Below, one piece after another: positions 1 through 10,150 of a stretch of 64,000 bases of DNA. Source of the stretch: an uncultured delta proteobacterium (lineage in GTDB: Bacteria > Desulfobacterota > Syntrophia > Syntrophales > UBA5619); assembly GCA_963817385.1 (NCBI GenBank), contig CAWFOM010000016.1:32001-96000 (forward strand), given 5' to 3'. Below the pieces are notes generated by a model. It was given only the letters and a program-made list of their open reading frames with translations. It was not told the DNA's origin and did no database searches. The position numbers were made by a program, and so were the translations under genes. Position 1 is the first letter of the stretch; each line of letters opens with the position of its first letter.

Positions 1-2173
1 AGGAGCCCCAGGAGGGTGCCCAGGTGGTGGTTGCTCACGCTTCCCGGAAATGTCCGGCTCCGGACGGACTCCCAGAGGGCGTAGCGCTTCTCCTCCTCCC
101 GCCAGTTCGCGGCCACGATGCCCCGCTGGGTGCCGAAGAAGGTCTTGTGGGTGGAGCCGGTGACCAGGTCCGCCCCTTCCGCGAACGGCTCCTGGAAATG
201 GGGTCCCACGAGCCCCAGGACATGGGCCATATCGTACATGATGACGGCGTCAATCCCCTCTTCCCGAAGGAATGTGCTGATCTCCCGGAGAGGCTCGCGG
301 TGGAGGACCATGCTCTTGCCGAAGATGATCAGCTCCGGCCGGTTCTCTGCGATGATGTTCTTGGCGGCCTCGACATCGATCTTGTAAGGATTCCCGGGCA
401 GGACCGGAAAGTTCACCACGGCGGGCTTTTCCAGCCGCGGATCGATGCGGACGAAATTGGCAAGGGCGCCCATCGGCTGGGCGCTCAGGTGGCCGCCCCG
501 GATGATGTGGTTGTTCAGGACCGAGCGGATCCGCCGGGGCTCCGCCTTCCGGTCGTTCCGGTTCAGATAGTCGACGAGGGCGCTAAAGACCGCGGTATTG
601 GCCATCTGGCCGCTGATCACCCGGGCCTCGATCTCGCAGCAGCCGAGGTAGCGGGCCATCTCGGCATTGACCATCTCCTCCACGCCTTCGATGAAATCCG
701 TACCCTGATAGTAGAAGATCTCCGCATCCATAAACGCGGGAAGCGAACGGTGCTCCGCATAGCGAAAGGCGGGATCCATGATCGACAGGCGCCGCACCGC
801 GGGCGAGGTCGTCTGCTCGGAGGGGATGAGGTTGATGCATTCCGTCTGGCGCCAGCGGGTGTTCTGCAGGGCCCGTTCCAGGAGAGCACGACCCTTTTCC
901 TGCCAGGCATCGGGGCCAGGTTTCCGGATATCTTCCGCAACACCCCAGAGGATCGGCATGGCATGGGGTGGGGCGTCGGAACGCAGGTGGTAGGGCACAA
1001 TGACAGCCCGGACGCGGTTGCCGCGAATCTCAACCTCCACTTGATCGTCTTTCTTTAATCGGCTGTCCGCCAGCATCAGCCCGATGGCCCGCATCTCCCG
1101 CTCGTCGGTGAATCGGGTGGAGAGCCCAACGCCGTCGGTCTTCCAGTAGGGCACCATCGTTCCGCTCGTCACGAAGCCGGCCTCCTGGCCATCCTTGAAG
1201 ACCCGGAAGCCCGCCCGGGCGATCCCCTTCCCCCGGAGGGCAAACGGCATGACGATCCGCGGCAGGTCCGCACGGGATGAGTAGTCCTCGTCCCGGATCT
1301 TCTTAAGGGCGGCAAACTGGATAGCCAGGGATTCCCTGCCGACGAAGGCGCCCTTCAGCGGGGAGAAGCTGACGGCGAAACGGGCCAGGGGGGCGGCGAA
1401 GATGGGGATTTCCGTTCCGGCCGGGTCTTTCCCCAATTCGTGGCCGTAGAGGGGGAGGCCTGCTTCCAGCCGCAGGGTATCCCGCGCCCCCAGCCCCACC
1501 GGCGTCGCACCCTTCTGCCGGAGGAGGTCCCAGAGCCAGCGGCGCATCGGCTACCGCAAGGAACAGTTCGAAACCGAGGGGCTCGCCCGTGTATCCGGTC
1601 CGGGAGACGAGGATCTCCATCCCCGCGATGGAGACCGTGGCGAGGCTGTTCTTGAGGGGCTCCGGGAGCGCACCCGCGCCGATCAGCCCCTGGAGGATGG
1701 GCCGGGAGGAGGGCCCCTGGAGGGAGATCATCGCCATCCGCTCCGATACGTCTTCCAGTTCAGTCCCGGGAAAGCCGGAACACATACCCTGCAAATATCG
1801 CCAGTCCGCATCCTTATTGGCGGCGTTGACCACGAGAAGATACTCCCCCGGGACAAACCGGTAGAGATAGGCGTCGTCGAGGGCGCCGCCCACGGCCGCT
1901 TTGGATCATCGTGTACTGCGCAAACCCGGGATCGAGGGCCGCGGCATTGTTGGTCAGGAGATGCTGGAGGAAGGCCAGGGCACCGGCGCCACGGACGATG
2001 AATCGCCCCATATGGGAGACATCGAAGAGCCCCGCCCCCCTGCGCGTGGCCAGATGCTCCTCCACGATCCCCTCCCGATACTGGAGGGGCATGTGCCAGC
2101 CGCCGAAGTCGACCATCGTCGCCCCGAGGGCGACGTGTGTTTCGTGCAGAACCGTCTTGAGCAGCTCACCCAT
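1..2173 (-). CDS. gcvT-glyA: Glycine cleavage T-protein (aminomethyltransferase) fused to serine hydroxymethyltransferase; runs off the window, with two apparent +1 frameshifts (~1893, ~1537)
   Basis: GcvT motifs (MVDFGGWHMPLQY, LFDVSHMG, SRTGYTGE, GLGARDTLRLEAG) continue in frame into SHMT motifs (INLIPSEQ, GGHLS, YDMAHVLGL, GSTHKT PLP-lysine). I read this by joining frames manually. Confidence 0.85.
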
Positions 2174-2275
2174 GACCTTCTCCTCGTTCGGGTCGTGACC
2201 CTGTTTTCCCTGTTTATATTATTTCAGTAATACTATATTCTCCCCCCTGCTAACAATGTTTTTCGGAGGTCTCCC

Positions 2276-3664
2276 ATGGAAGAGCGGTTCGACATCCTGG
2301 TAATCGGGGCGGGGCCCGGCGGTCACGCGGCGGCCGTGCAGGCGGCGCGCCAGGGCGCCCGGGCGGCCATCATCGAGCAAGGGGAGTGGGGGGGCACCTG
2401 CACCCACCGGGGGTGCGTCCCGACCAAGGCCCTGCTCGCCTGCAGCCGGCGATTCTCGGAGCTTAATAAGATCCGGCGGATGGGGGTGAACGTCGCAGAC
2501 GCCTCGTTCGACTATACCGCCATGAAACGGCACCAGGAACAGATCGTAAACATCTCCGCCCTGGGCGTCAAAAAATCCCTCCGGGATGCCGGGGTCGCGA
2601 TGATCGCCGGAGAGGGACGGATCGTCTCCCCGCACGAGGTGGAATGGACGGCCCCGGACGGAGCCCGGGAGAGCCTGACGACGAACAATCTTATCATCGC
2701 CTGGGGATCTGAACCGGCCCTGCCGCCCGGGGTGCAGCTCTCGGCGCGCATCCTCACCTCCGACGGCGTCCTTGCTCTCGCTGCCATTCCCAAGAGCATT
2801 CTGATCGTGGGGGGAAGCGTCATCGGCGTCGAGTTTGCGACCTTCTTCGCCGAACTCGGCGTCCGGGTGACCTTGATCGAGATGCTGGAGAGGCTCCTCC
2901 CCGGTGAAGAACCGGAAGCCTCGCTGCTCCTCGCGCAGGAGTTGGAGAAGATGGGCGTTGCCGTCCATACGGGGATGAGGATGGAGGCGATACGGGATAC
3001 GGGTTCGGAGGTAGAATTGCTCGCAACGCAGGCGGCGGATCCGCGCGGTACGCCGCGGGCCGGCATCAGCCCCGCTCCACCTCTCGAATTCTCCGCGGAA
3101 TTGGCCCTCATTTCCACGGGGCGCAGGCCCTCCCTGCGGCTGGAGGAGCTCCAAGCCTTGGGGATCCATCATGACCGCCGGGGGATCATCGTCGATAGTC
3201 ACCAGCAAACGAGTATCCCCGGCATCCATGCCATCGGCGACGTCACCGGCGGGGCGATGCTCGCCCATCGCGCCATGCAGCAGGGGAAGGCCCTGGCAGG
3301 CCGCCTCCTGGGCGATCCGCAGTTCGACTATTGCGAGGAGGCGGTTCCGGCCGTCGCCTACGCCCATCCGCAGATTGCCCGGGTAGGCCTGACGGAAGAG
3401 GAGGCCAGGAGGAGAGGGCTTGCGATCGAGGTCCGCCGGACCGATTTCGCCGCAAACATCATCGCCCGCGCCCAGCTTCTGGGTCAGGGATTCGTCAAAC
3501 TCGTCTTTCAGGGGGAGAGGCTCCTGGGGGCGACCATCGCCGGCGACCAGGCCGGAGAGCTGATCGCGCCGCTCAGTCTCGCAATCGCCGCGGGGCTCGG
3601 GGGGAAAGAGCTCAGGAACTGGATCATCCCACACCCGACCCTGAGCGAGCTCCTCAGCCTATGA
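2276..3664 (+). CDS. lpdA: Dihydrolipoamide dehydrogenase (glycine cleavage L protein)
   Basis: GAGPGG FAD motif, GGTCTHRGCVPTK redox disulfide, C-terminal HPTLSE; divergent from gcvT. Confidence 0.9.
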   Translation: MEERFDILVIGAGPGGHAAAVQAARQGARAAIIEQGEWGGTCTHRGCVPTKALLACSRRFSELNKIRRMGVNVADASFDYTAMKRHQEQIVNISALGVKKSLRDAGVAMIAGEGRIVSPHEVEWTAPDGARESLTTNNLIIAWGSEPALPPGVQLSARILTSDGVLALAAIPKSILIVGGSVIGVEFATFFAELGVRVTLIEMLERLLPGEEPEASLLLAQELEKMGVAVHTGMRMEAIRDTGSEVELLATQAADPRGTPRAGISPAPPLEFSAELALISTGRRPSLRLEELQALGIHHDRRGIIVDSHQQTSIPGIHAIGDVTGGAMLAHRAMQQGKALAGRLLGDPQFDYCEEAVPAVAYAHPQIARVGLTEEEARRRGLAIEVRRTDFAANIIARAQLLGQGFVKLVFQGERLLGATIAGDQAGELIAPLSLAIAAGLGGKELRNWIIPHPTLSELLSL

Positions 3665-3796
3665 ACCGCCCGATGCCTACATTGAGGCCAATCCGCTCAC
3701 TTGCCCGAAATGTCGAATAGATTCCCCACCCTTCATTAGCCAGATAGTGCGTCCATCCCTCGGAAAAGGATGCCCGGATGATGTACCGAGTCAGGC

Positions 3797-3856
3797 GAGC
3801 TTCTCGTGAGCAGCGAGCGGATGCTCCGCTATAAGCTTAAGAAATACTGCCTGAAG
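3797..3856 (+). pseudogene. Remnant of the Fis-type HTH tail of a sigma54 activator
   Basis: Translates ELLVSSERMLRYKLKKYCLK with no upstream ORF. Confidence 0.5.
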
Positions 3857-3898
3857 ACGTCCTTATGGTCGCATACTGAAAATGTTGAAAAAAAGAAC

Positions 3899-3950
3899 TT
3901 GACATTTGCTAAGAGCAATATATGCTAATAGCAAATAATGCTACAGGCAA
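3899..3950 (+). promoter_or_regulatory. sigma70 promoter overlapped by three TGCT-N3-(A/G)GCA inverted repeats (probable MarR operator)
   Basis: TTGACA 3899-3904 and TATGCT 3921-3926; palindromes at 3907, 3923 and 3939 with 16-bp period. Confidence 0.65.
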
Positions 3951-3983
3951 ATTAAATATACACGATCTTTAATGGAGGATGTC

Positions 3984-6455
3984 ATGGAAACTACCCAAAA
4001 AACTTATTCAATGTCGACGCAACGGACCACAAGGTTAAAGGCAGATGTTTTATCAGCGCCAAGAGAAATTTCGACGGCCCGCGCCAGGATCTTAACGGAA
4101 GCCTATCAACGCCATGCCGACAAACCGCTGATCCTCAAGCGGGCGCTGGCATACCAGGCGATCCTGGAAAATATGCCGATCCGTATTCATCAGGACGAAC
4201 TGATCGTGGGCGGATTCACAGAGAAACGCAGGGGCGCCTTTCTCATGCCTGAAAACAATGTTGCCGGGTTAGATTTGAGCAAAACATACAATCAAGCCGT
4301 GAAGGGAGTGCTGAATACACTCATCCAACCGGTAACCAAGGTGGTTTCGATCTTCAATAAGCCGCTGAGCGTGCGTCTTTCAGCAGCAAACCTGCTGTTC
4401 GAGCAAGCACTCGATACATTTGAAAATCGCTCTTCACAGCGTTTCACGATCACCGCAGATGAAAAGCGGGAGCTGGCGGAGACGATCTTCCCCTATTGGA
4501 GAAACAGAGATGGTTATTCCCTGTATCGCTCATTTCTCACCCCTGAAGAAAAGCGACTCATGAATCAATTCACCTATGCAGCGGAACATGCATTTGTCGG
4601 AGGGGTCTTTCTCTTTCATCCTCATCTCGAAAAAAGCGTTCAAACGGGACTCACAGGCATCATCGAACTCGCCGAAAAAAAATTATCGGAATATCAATCG
4701 AATTTGGAAGAGACCGCTCCATTGCGGGATTTCTACGAGGCGATGATCATTTCATGCCGGGCAGTAATCGCATTTGCCAATCGCTATGCCGCCTGCGCGG
4801 AAACATTAGCGGCAACAACGGCCGACGGACAACGACGCATGGAATTATTACATATCGCCGACATGTGCCGCCATGTTCCCGCCAATCCCCCGCGTTCCTT
4901 TCATGAAGGCTTGCAATCCCTGTTTTTCACGTATATTGCGGTCGCCATTGACGACGGTGGTCATGAAGTCCCGTTTGGCCGCTGGGATCAAGCCTTGTAT
5001 CCGTTGTACAAACAGGATCTCGAAACGGGAAAAATCACGAAAGCGCAGGCGCTGGAACTGATCGAGGCCTTTCTGATCAAAACCAACGAATTCGAATTTC
5101 TGCTGCATAACAAGGCGCGTCTGTTCGAGGACGGCAACAGCGGAAGGCTTACACTGACGATTGGCGGCGTCGATCAGGATGGTCATGATGCCACGAATGA
5201 TCTTTCCTACCTGTTCCTCGAAGCGTTTTCAAACACCAGGATGATCCGGCCGAATCCGGCGGTTCGGTTGCATCAAAGGACGCCTGAGCCATTTCTGAAC
5301 AGGGTGACCGAAATCATGGCGAGCGGGGCCAATACCATTCAGGTATTTAATGATGAGGCGATTATCCGAGGCTTTCTCGACGCAGGTTTTCCGGCGGCGG
5401 ATGCTCGCGATTATATTATTAGCGGGTGTGTGCAACCGATCCCCAAATCAACATACGGCTCCGTCTGCGCGGCCCATATCGCGCTTCCCAAGACACTGGA
5501 ATTGTTCTTAAAAGAACACCGTCAGGCTGGGGATTTCGGCGAGTTTTACAGGGAATATAAGGCTTACTTGTCAGGGATTATCCAAAATACCACCAAGACC
5601 TTGCAGGCGGTCGATCGGGCGCATAAAGAGCGCCTGCCGACCACGTTCGTATCCGCGTTGACCGACGGGACGATGGAAACAGGACGTGACGTCAAGGAAG
5701 GCGGCGCAAAACATAATCTTACCGGGATTTCTTTGCTGGGATTGGGGACGCTGGCGGATTCGCTGATGGCGATTAAACACGCGGTATTTGATGAACGCCG
5801 GTTTACGCTGGCTGAGTTGAACAAGATGCTGGACCGGGACTTCAGCGGCTTTGAAGCCGAGCGATTATATTTGCTCAACAAAATTCCGAAATATGGGAAC
5901 GATCACGACGAGGTGGATCGGTTCGTCAGAGAAGTCACTGATTTTTGCAGTACGGAATTGAAACGCTACACCACGTTTCGCGGCGGACAATACAGCCTCG
6001 GCGTCCATTCGGAAAACGGGCAGGTGGTTTTTGGACTGCTTACCGGCGCCACCCCTGATGGCAGAAAACAAATGGAACCGCTGTCAATCGGGGCAGGCAG
6101 CGCAAGAGGAAGAGAAAAGCAGGGGTGTACAGCGGCGTTAAAATCGGTGAGCAAAATTGACGCCTCAAGTGTCATCAGCGGCATTTCCGTCAATTTGAAA
6201 TTACATCCGGCGTTGTTGGATAGCCAGCAGAAGCTCCGGCGTTTTCGGGATCTGATCTCCACGTATTTCTTTGACTTTGGAGGACAAAATCTGCAAACGA
6301 CCGTCGTGAGCACCGAAATCTTCCGCGCGGCGCAGAAGAATCCGGCAGCCTATCGCGATTTGCTCGTCAGGATATCCGGGTACAGCGCCACATTTGTTGA
6401 TTTGACAAAATATACGCAAGAGGAGATCATTGCCCGCACGGAATATCTCCGATAA
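3984..6455 (+). CDS. Glycyl radical enzyme (PFL2/glycerol dehydratase superfamily), substrate unknown
   Basis: C-terminal LLVRISGYS glycyl motif, SGCVQP Cys loop, GRWDQ, PKYGND, ATPDGR; GGAGG RBS before ATG 3984 (alternative start 3972). Confidence 0.92.
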   Translation: METTQKTYSMSTQRTTRLKADVLSAPREISTARARILTEAYQRHADKPLILKRALAYQAILENMPIRIHQDELIVGGFTEKRRGAFLMPENNVAGLDLSKTYNQAVKGVLNTLIQPVTKVVSIFNKPLSVRLSAANLLFEQALDTFENRSSQRFTITADEKRELAETIFPYWRNRDGYSLYRSFLTPEEKRLMNQFTYAAEHAFVGGVFLFHPHLEKSVQTGLTGIIELAEKKLSEYQSNLEETAPLRDFYEAMIISCRAVIAFANRYAACAETLAATTADGQRRMELLHIADMCRHVPANPPRSFHEGLQSLFFTYIAVAIDDGGHEVPFGRWDQALYPLYKQDLETGKITKAQALELIEAFLIKTNEFEFLLHNKARLFEDGNSGRLTLTIGGVDQDGHDATNDLSYLFLEAFSNTRMIRPNPAVRLHQRTPEPFLNRVTEIMASGANTIQVFNDEAIIRGFLDAGFPAADARDYIISGCVQPIPKSTYGSVCAAHIALPKTLELFLKEHRQAGDFGEFYREYKAYLSGIIQNTTKTLQAVDRAHKERLPTTFVSALTDGTMETGRDVKEGGAKHNLTGISLLGLGTLADSLMAIKHAVFDERRFTLAELNKMLDRDFSGFEAERLYLLNKIPKYGNDHDEVDRFVREVTDFCSTELKRYTTFRGGQYSLGVHSENGQVVFGLLTGATPDGRKQMEPLSIGAGSARGREKQGCTAALKSVSKIDASSVISGISVNLKLHPALLDSQQKLRRFRDLISTYFFDFGGQNLQTTVVSTEIFRAAQKNPAAYRDLLVRISGYSATFVDLTKYTQEEIIARTEYLR

Positions 6456-6471
6456 CCGGAGGGGTCGGAAC

Positions 6472-7371
6472 ATGACAGGAGTCATTTTCAATATTCAACG
6501 GTATAGTATTCATGACGGCCCCGGAATTCGGACGGTGGTTTTCTTCAAAGGCTGCCCTCTGCGCTGCCAGTGGTGCGAAAACCCGGAATCGCTTTCGCCT
6601 CATCCCGAACTGTCGTTCCAAAGCCGGAAATGCATCGGATGCGGCCAATGTCAGCAGGCCTGTCCGCAAGGCGCCATCCAGGTCAACCGCGTGGCGCGCA
6701 TTGACCGGGAGCGATGCCACTCCTGTATGATCTGCGCCCAAAATTGTCCGGCAGAGGCGCTGGAAGTGATCGGTAAGACCATGAGTGTTGAGGAGGTCTG
6801 GGAAGTCGTCAAACAGGATGAGGCCTTTTATCGCCGATCTAAGGGAGGTGTAACCATTTCAGGAGGAGAGGCGACGCTGCAATTTGATTTTTTAATGGAG
6901 CTGCTCACCCGGCTGCGCGTCGAGAAGGTTCATGTCGTGCTTGAAACCAACGGGCTTCTTGAATGGGGGAAATTTGAAAAACTGATCGGCCTGGTGGACC
7001 TGTTCTATTTCGATCTCAAAGGCATGCGTTCGGACCTTCATAAGCAACATACCGGCGCGCCGAATGACCTGATTCTGTCCAACGCCCGACAACTGCGGCA
7101 ACGCCAGGCCCAGGTTGTTTTTCGCATCCCGCTCATTCCCGACATCAATGACACGCCGGAGCAGATCGCGTTATTGGATCATTTCCTGTCGGAAGTACAG
7201 GCAGAACACATCCACCTGTTGCCCTATCATAAATTCGGTGAAGACAAACATGATTCAATTTCTTCAACCCAACCAAGGCTTTCGATCCCTGCGATGGGTC
7301 GTGCCCGCGTTGAAAAAATTGGAAAACGGTTAGAGCGGAAAAATCGAACGATTACCGTTGGCGGAAATTGA
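6472..7371 (+). CDS. Glycyl radical enzyme activating enzyme (radical SAM with 2x[4Fe-4S] ferredoxin insert)
   Basis: HDGPGIRT...GCPLRCQWCENPES; CIGCGQC and CHSCMIC ferredoxin motifs; GVTISGGE. Confidence 0.93.
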   Translation: MTGVIFNIQRYSIHDGPGIRTVVFFKGCPLRCQWCENPESLSPHPELSFQSRKCIGCGQCQQACPQGAIQVNRVARIDRERCHSCMICAQNCPAEALEVIGKTMSVEEVWEVVKQDEAFYRRSKGGVTISGGEATLQFDFLMELLTRLRVEKVHVVLETNGLLEWGKFEKLIGLVDLFYFDLKGMRSDLHKQHTGAPNDLILSNARQLRQRQAQVVFRIPLIPDINDTPEQIALLDHFLSEVQAEHIHLLPYHKFGEDKHDSISSTQPRLSIPAMGRARVEKIGKRLERKNRTITVGGN

Positions 7372-7426
7372 ATGTACGGTTGGCCAATGACCGATCACCA
7401 TGAAATGAAAAAACGGGGAGGAGCCA

Positions 7427-7903
7427 ATGAATAAACAGGAATTTCTTGAACGTTCACACAGTTCTTTTCTTGAGTTCGCAAAGTTTTTTGCTCAACTCCT
7501 GCGCCAGAAATTAGCAGACAGCCCGATTACCGTCCATCAATATTATACGCTTGAGGCTCTAACCAATGGCCCCAAATCAATGAATGCCGTGGCTGATGAA
7601 GTAGGCATGCATCAAAGCACCTTAACGAGAGTTTTAGAAAAACTCGAGAACCAACAATTTGTTCGGAGGACGCGCAAGCCCGGCAATCAGAGAATGGTTG
7701 AAGTCGAGATTACCGCGGCCGGGCGGCAACTGTTACAGACAGTGCACGCTGAAGCCTTGCGGCTTATTGACGCGCTGCTTACCCCACTTCCCAAATCGCA
7801 ATACCCGGAGTTCGTGAAGACTATGGAAATGCTAGGAAATCTGCTGAACCCTAAGAACGAGAATTTCCAACGGGTATTAAAAACATGTTGTCCGAAAGGA
7901 TAA
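7427..7903 (+). CDS. MarR family transcriptional regulator
   Basis: wHTH pattern QSTLTRVLEKLE...RRTRKPGNQRMVEVEITAAG. Confidence 0.88.
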   Translation: MNKQEFLERSHSSFLEFAKFFAQLLRQKLADSPITVHQYYTLEALTNGPKSMNAVADEVGMHQSTLTRVLEKLENQQFVRRTRKPGNQRMVEVEITAAGRQLLQTVHAEALRLIDALLTPLPKSQYPEFVKTMEMLGNLLNPKNENFQRVLKTCCPKG

Positions 7904-7935
7904 GGCGCACGATGAATATTTGAGGGTCGATCCCC

Positions 7936-9892
7936 ATGATGAAAATTGCCCTGATCTACCCGCCGACCTGCGATCCCACGGCGCCGTATCTCTCGGTTCC
8001 GACCCTGACGGGCTACCTGCGGGCGCACGGCGTGGAGGTCTGGCCGATCGATGCGAATGTCGAGGCCTACAGCCGGCTCCTCAGCCGCGAGACCCTGACC
8101 GTCCTGGCCGGCCGTGTCGAAGAACGATGGTCGAAGCTGAAACGCAAATCCGCCCTGAACCACGCCGAACAGCTCGCCGGCGCGGCGCTGTGGGAGGCAA
8201 GGGGAGATGCCCGGAATGCCCCCGGCGGCATCGATGACGCCGTCGCCGTCCTCCGGGACCGGTCGGGGGAGCGCTTTTTCGATCCGCCGCAGTATGAAGC
8301 GGCGATCGCCACGGTGGAAAGCGCGCTGCGCCTGGTGAGCGCGGCCTATACGCCGCTGTCCCTCGATTTTGCGGCGTACCGCACCCCCTTTTCGCTCTTG
8401 ACGATCCGCGAGATCGAGGAGGACGCCCGCCCCGAAAGGGATCCCTTCCACGAATACTTTCAGGAGCTCTGCGCGCGTCTCGCGGCGGAGCGGGTAGGCA
8501 TCGTCGGCCTTTCCGTCGCCTTTCCCGGCCAGGTCCAGCCCGCCTATGCCCTGGCCTTCATGATCCGCCGCCTCCTGCCCGGCGTGCATGTCACCGTCGG
8601 CGGTCCCGCCATGACGCAGATCCTGCTTCGCCTCAAGGGAGCGTTCCTGACCCGGGCGCTGAAGCCATTCCATTCCGCGGTCCTCTACGAAGGGGAATCG
8701 GCCCTCCTGGAGCTGGTCCGGGCGGTGGAGCGGGGGGAGAGTCCGGCGGGGATCCTCCAGGGAACAAAGACGACGGATCTCGGCGCCCTGCCGGCCCCCG
8801 ATTTTGATGGGCTACCGCTGGAAAAATACTTCTCACCCGCGCCGGTCCTGCCGTATGACCCGACCCGCGGGTGCTATTGGGGCAAATGCGCCTTTTGCCA
8901 TTACGGCCTGGCCGAGTGCGGCACCGCCCGCTACCGGGAGCGCCCCGTCGAGCAGGCCGCGGAGCATATCCGCGACCTGGCGGACCGGTACGGATGCCGG
9001 CTGTTCCATTTTTCCCAGGATTCGCTCTCGCCCAAAACGGCGCGCCGTCTGGCGGAGGCGCTGAAATCGACCCTCAACCCCTCCCCGGGGGGAGAGCCCC
9101 CCGTCCGGTGGGCGACGGACATGCGCCCGGAGCCGGCCCTGGATGCGGAATGCTGCCGCGCTCTGGCGGAAGGCGGGGCGCTCGGCATCGCCCTTGGCGT
9201 GGAATCGGCCGCCCCGCGGGTGCTGAAACTGATCCACAAGGGGCTCTCGGTCCGGGATGCGGCCCGGGCCGTGAAGAACCTTGCCGCTGCCGGAATCGCC
9301 GTCGGAAGTGATGTGCTTCACCGATTTTCCGACGGAAACGGGCCGGGAGGCGCTGATGACGACCCGCTTCATCGAAGAGCTGCGCGAGAGCGTCGCCCTC
9401 TTCATCTGCGGCGAGTTTGCCCTCGTCGCCGGCGCGCGCGTGGCGCAGCATCCCGGGGAGTACGGCATCCGGGAAACGTGGCATGTGGCCGGCGATGAAT
9501 TTTCAACGACGCTCTTTTACGAGGAAGCGGCCCCCTCCAAGACCCCGGCCGACCGGGAAAGGATCGACGCCGCCGTAGACAGGCTCGCGCGGTCCTGGTG
9601 GCTGCACCGGTATCCCTGGGCCGGTTCGCTCTCCACGGCGCACACGCTGCTCTGGTATGACCGGTATGGAGCGGATGTCTTCAGGCGCCTTGCGGGGACG
9701 CGGCGAAAACCCGCTCAACCCCGTCCCGGGAAACAGCGTCTCTCCCCGCGGCGCGACCTCGAGCGGGTCTGGCAGCGCGCCCGGGAGCATGAAGCGGAGA
9801 TCTGGCGGATCATGGTGACGGAAAAACGCACCGTCACCCGGGAGGCCTATCGCCGGCTGGCCGAAGCATTGCCTTCCGCCGAAATTCATTGA
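7936..9892 (+). CDS. B12-binding-domain radical SAM protein, frameshifted at ~9304
   Basis: N-terminal ALIYPP/PYLSVPTL, TRGCYWGKCAFC motif; GCC GTC G GAA GTG ATG TGC joins ORFs 7936 and 9281. Confidence 0.8.
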
Positions 9893-9917
9893 CAATGGAG
9901 GGAAAGAGAACTATGTT
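9889..9917 (+). promoter_or_regulatory. sigma70 promoter for the DEAD-box helicase
   Basis: TTGACA-N17-TATGTT. Confidence 0.55.
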
Positions 9918-10150
9918 ACGCACCAAGGAATGAAGTGACGATCAAAATCCGCATTGGTTAGAGAAACATTTGACGCATCGCCCAAACGCCCCCCTAACTC
10001 GATCATCGGTAAGAAACCTGCTTCAGCTCATCGTTCCCGTATAGGTTGCCTTCAGGGTTTCGGCCCGGCAGCCTCCCGATCAGGCGTCCATGCCCACAGC
10101 GACAGGGGCAGGCACCGCTTTTACCCGATGTCGCAAAGAAAGAAGATATC

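Noticed and set aside
24..1058. Long antisense ORFs (e.g. 24-1058, 2219-3634, 10121-11545, 18144-19556, 29889-32594, 33718-35568)
   Set aside because: Shadow frames opposite well-supported genes in high-GC DNA, with no recognisable motifs
3984..6455. Calling the GRE pflB, bssA/assA or cutC
   Set aside because: No CC pair, no small subunits and no CxE motif; specificity is unsupported
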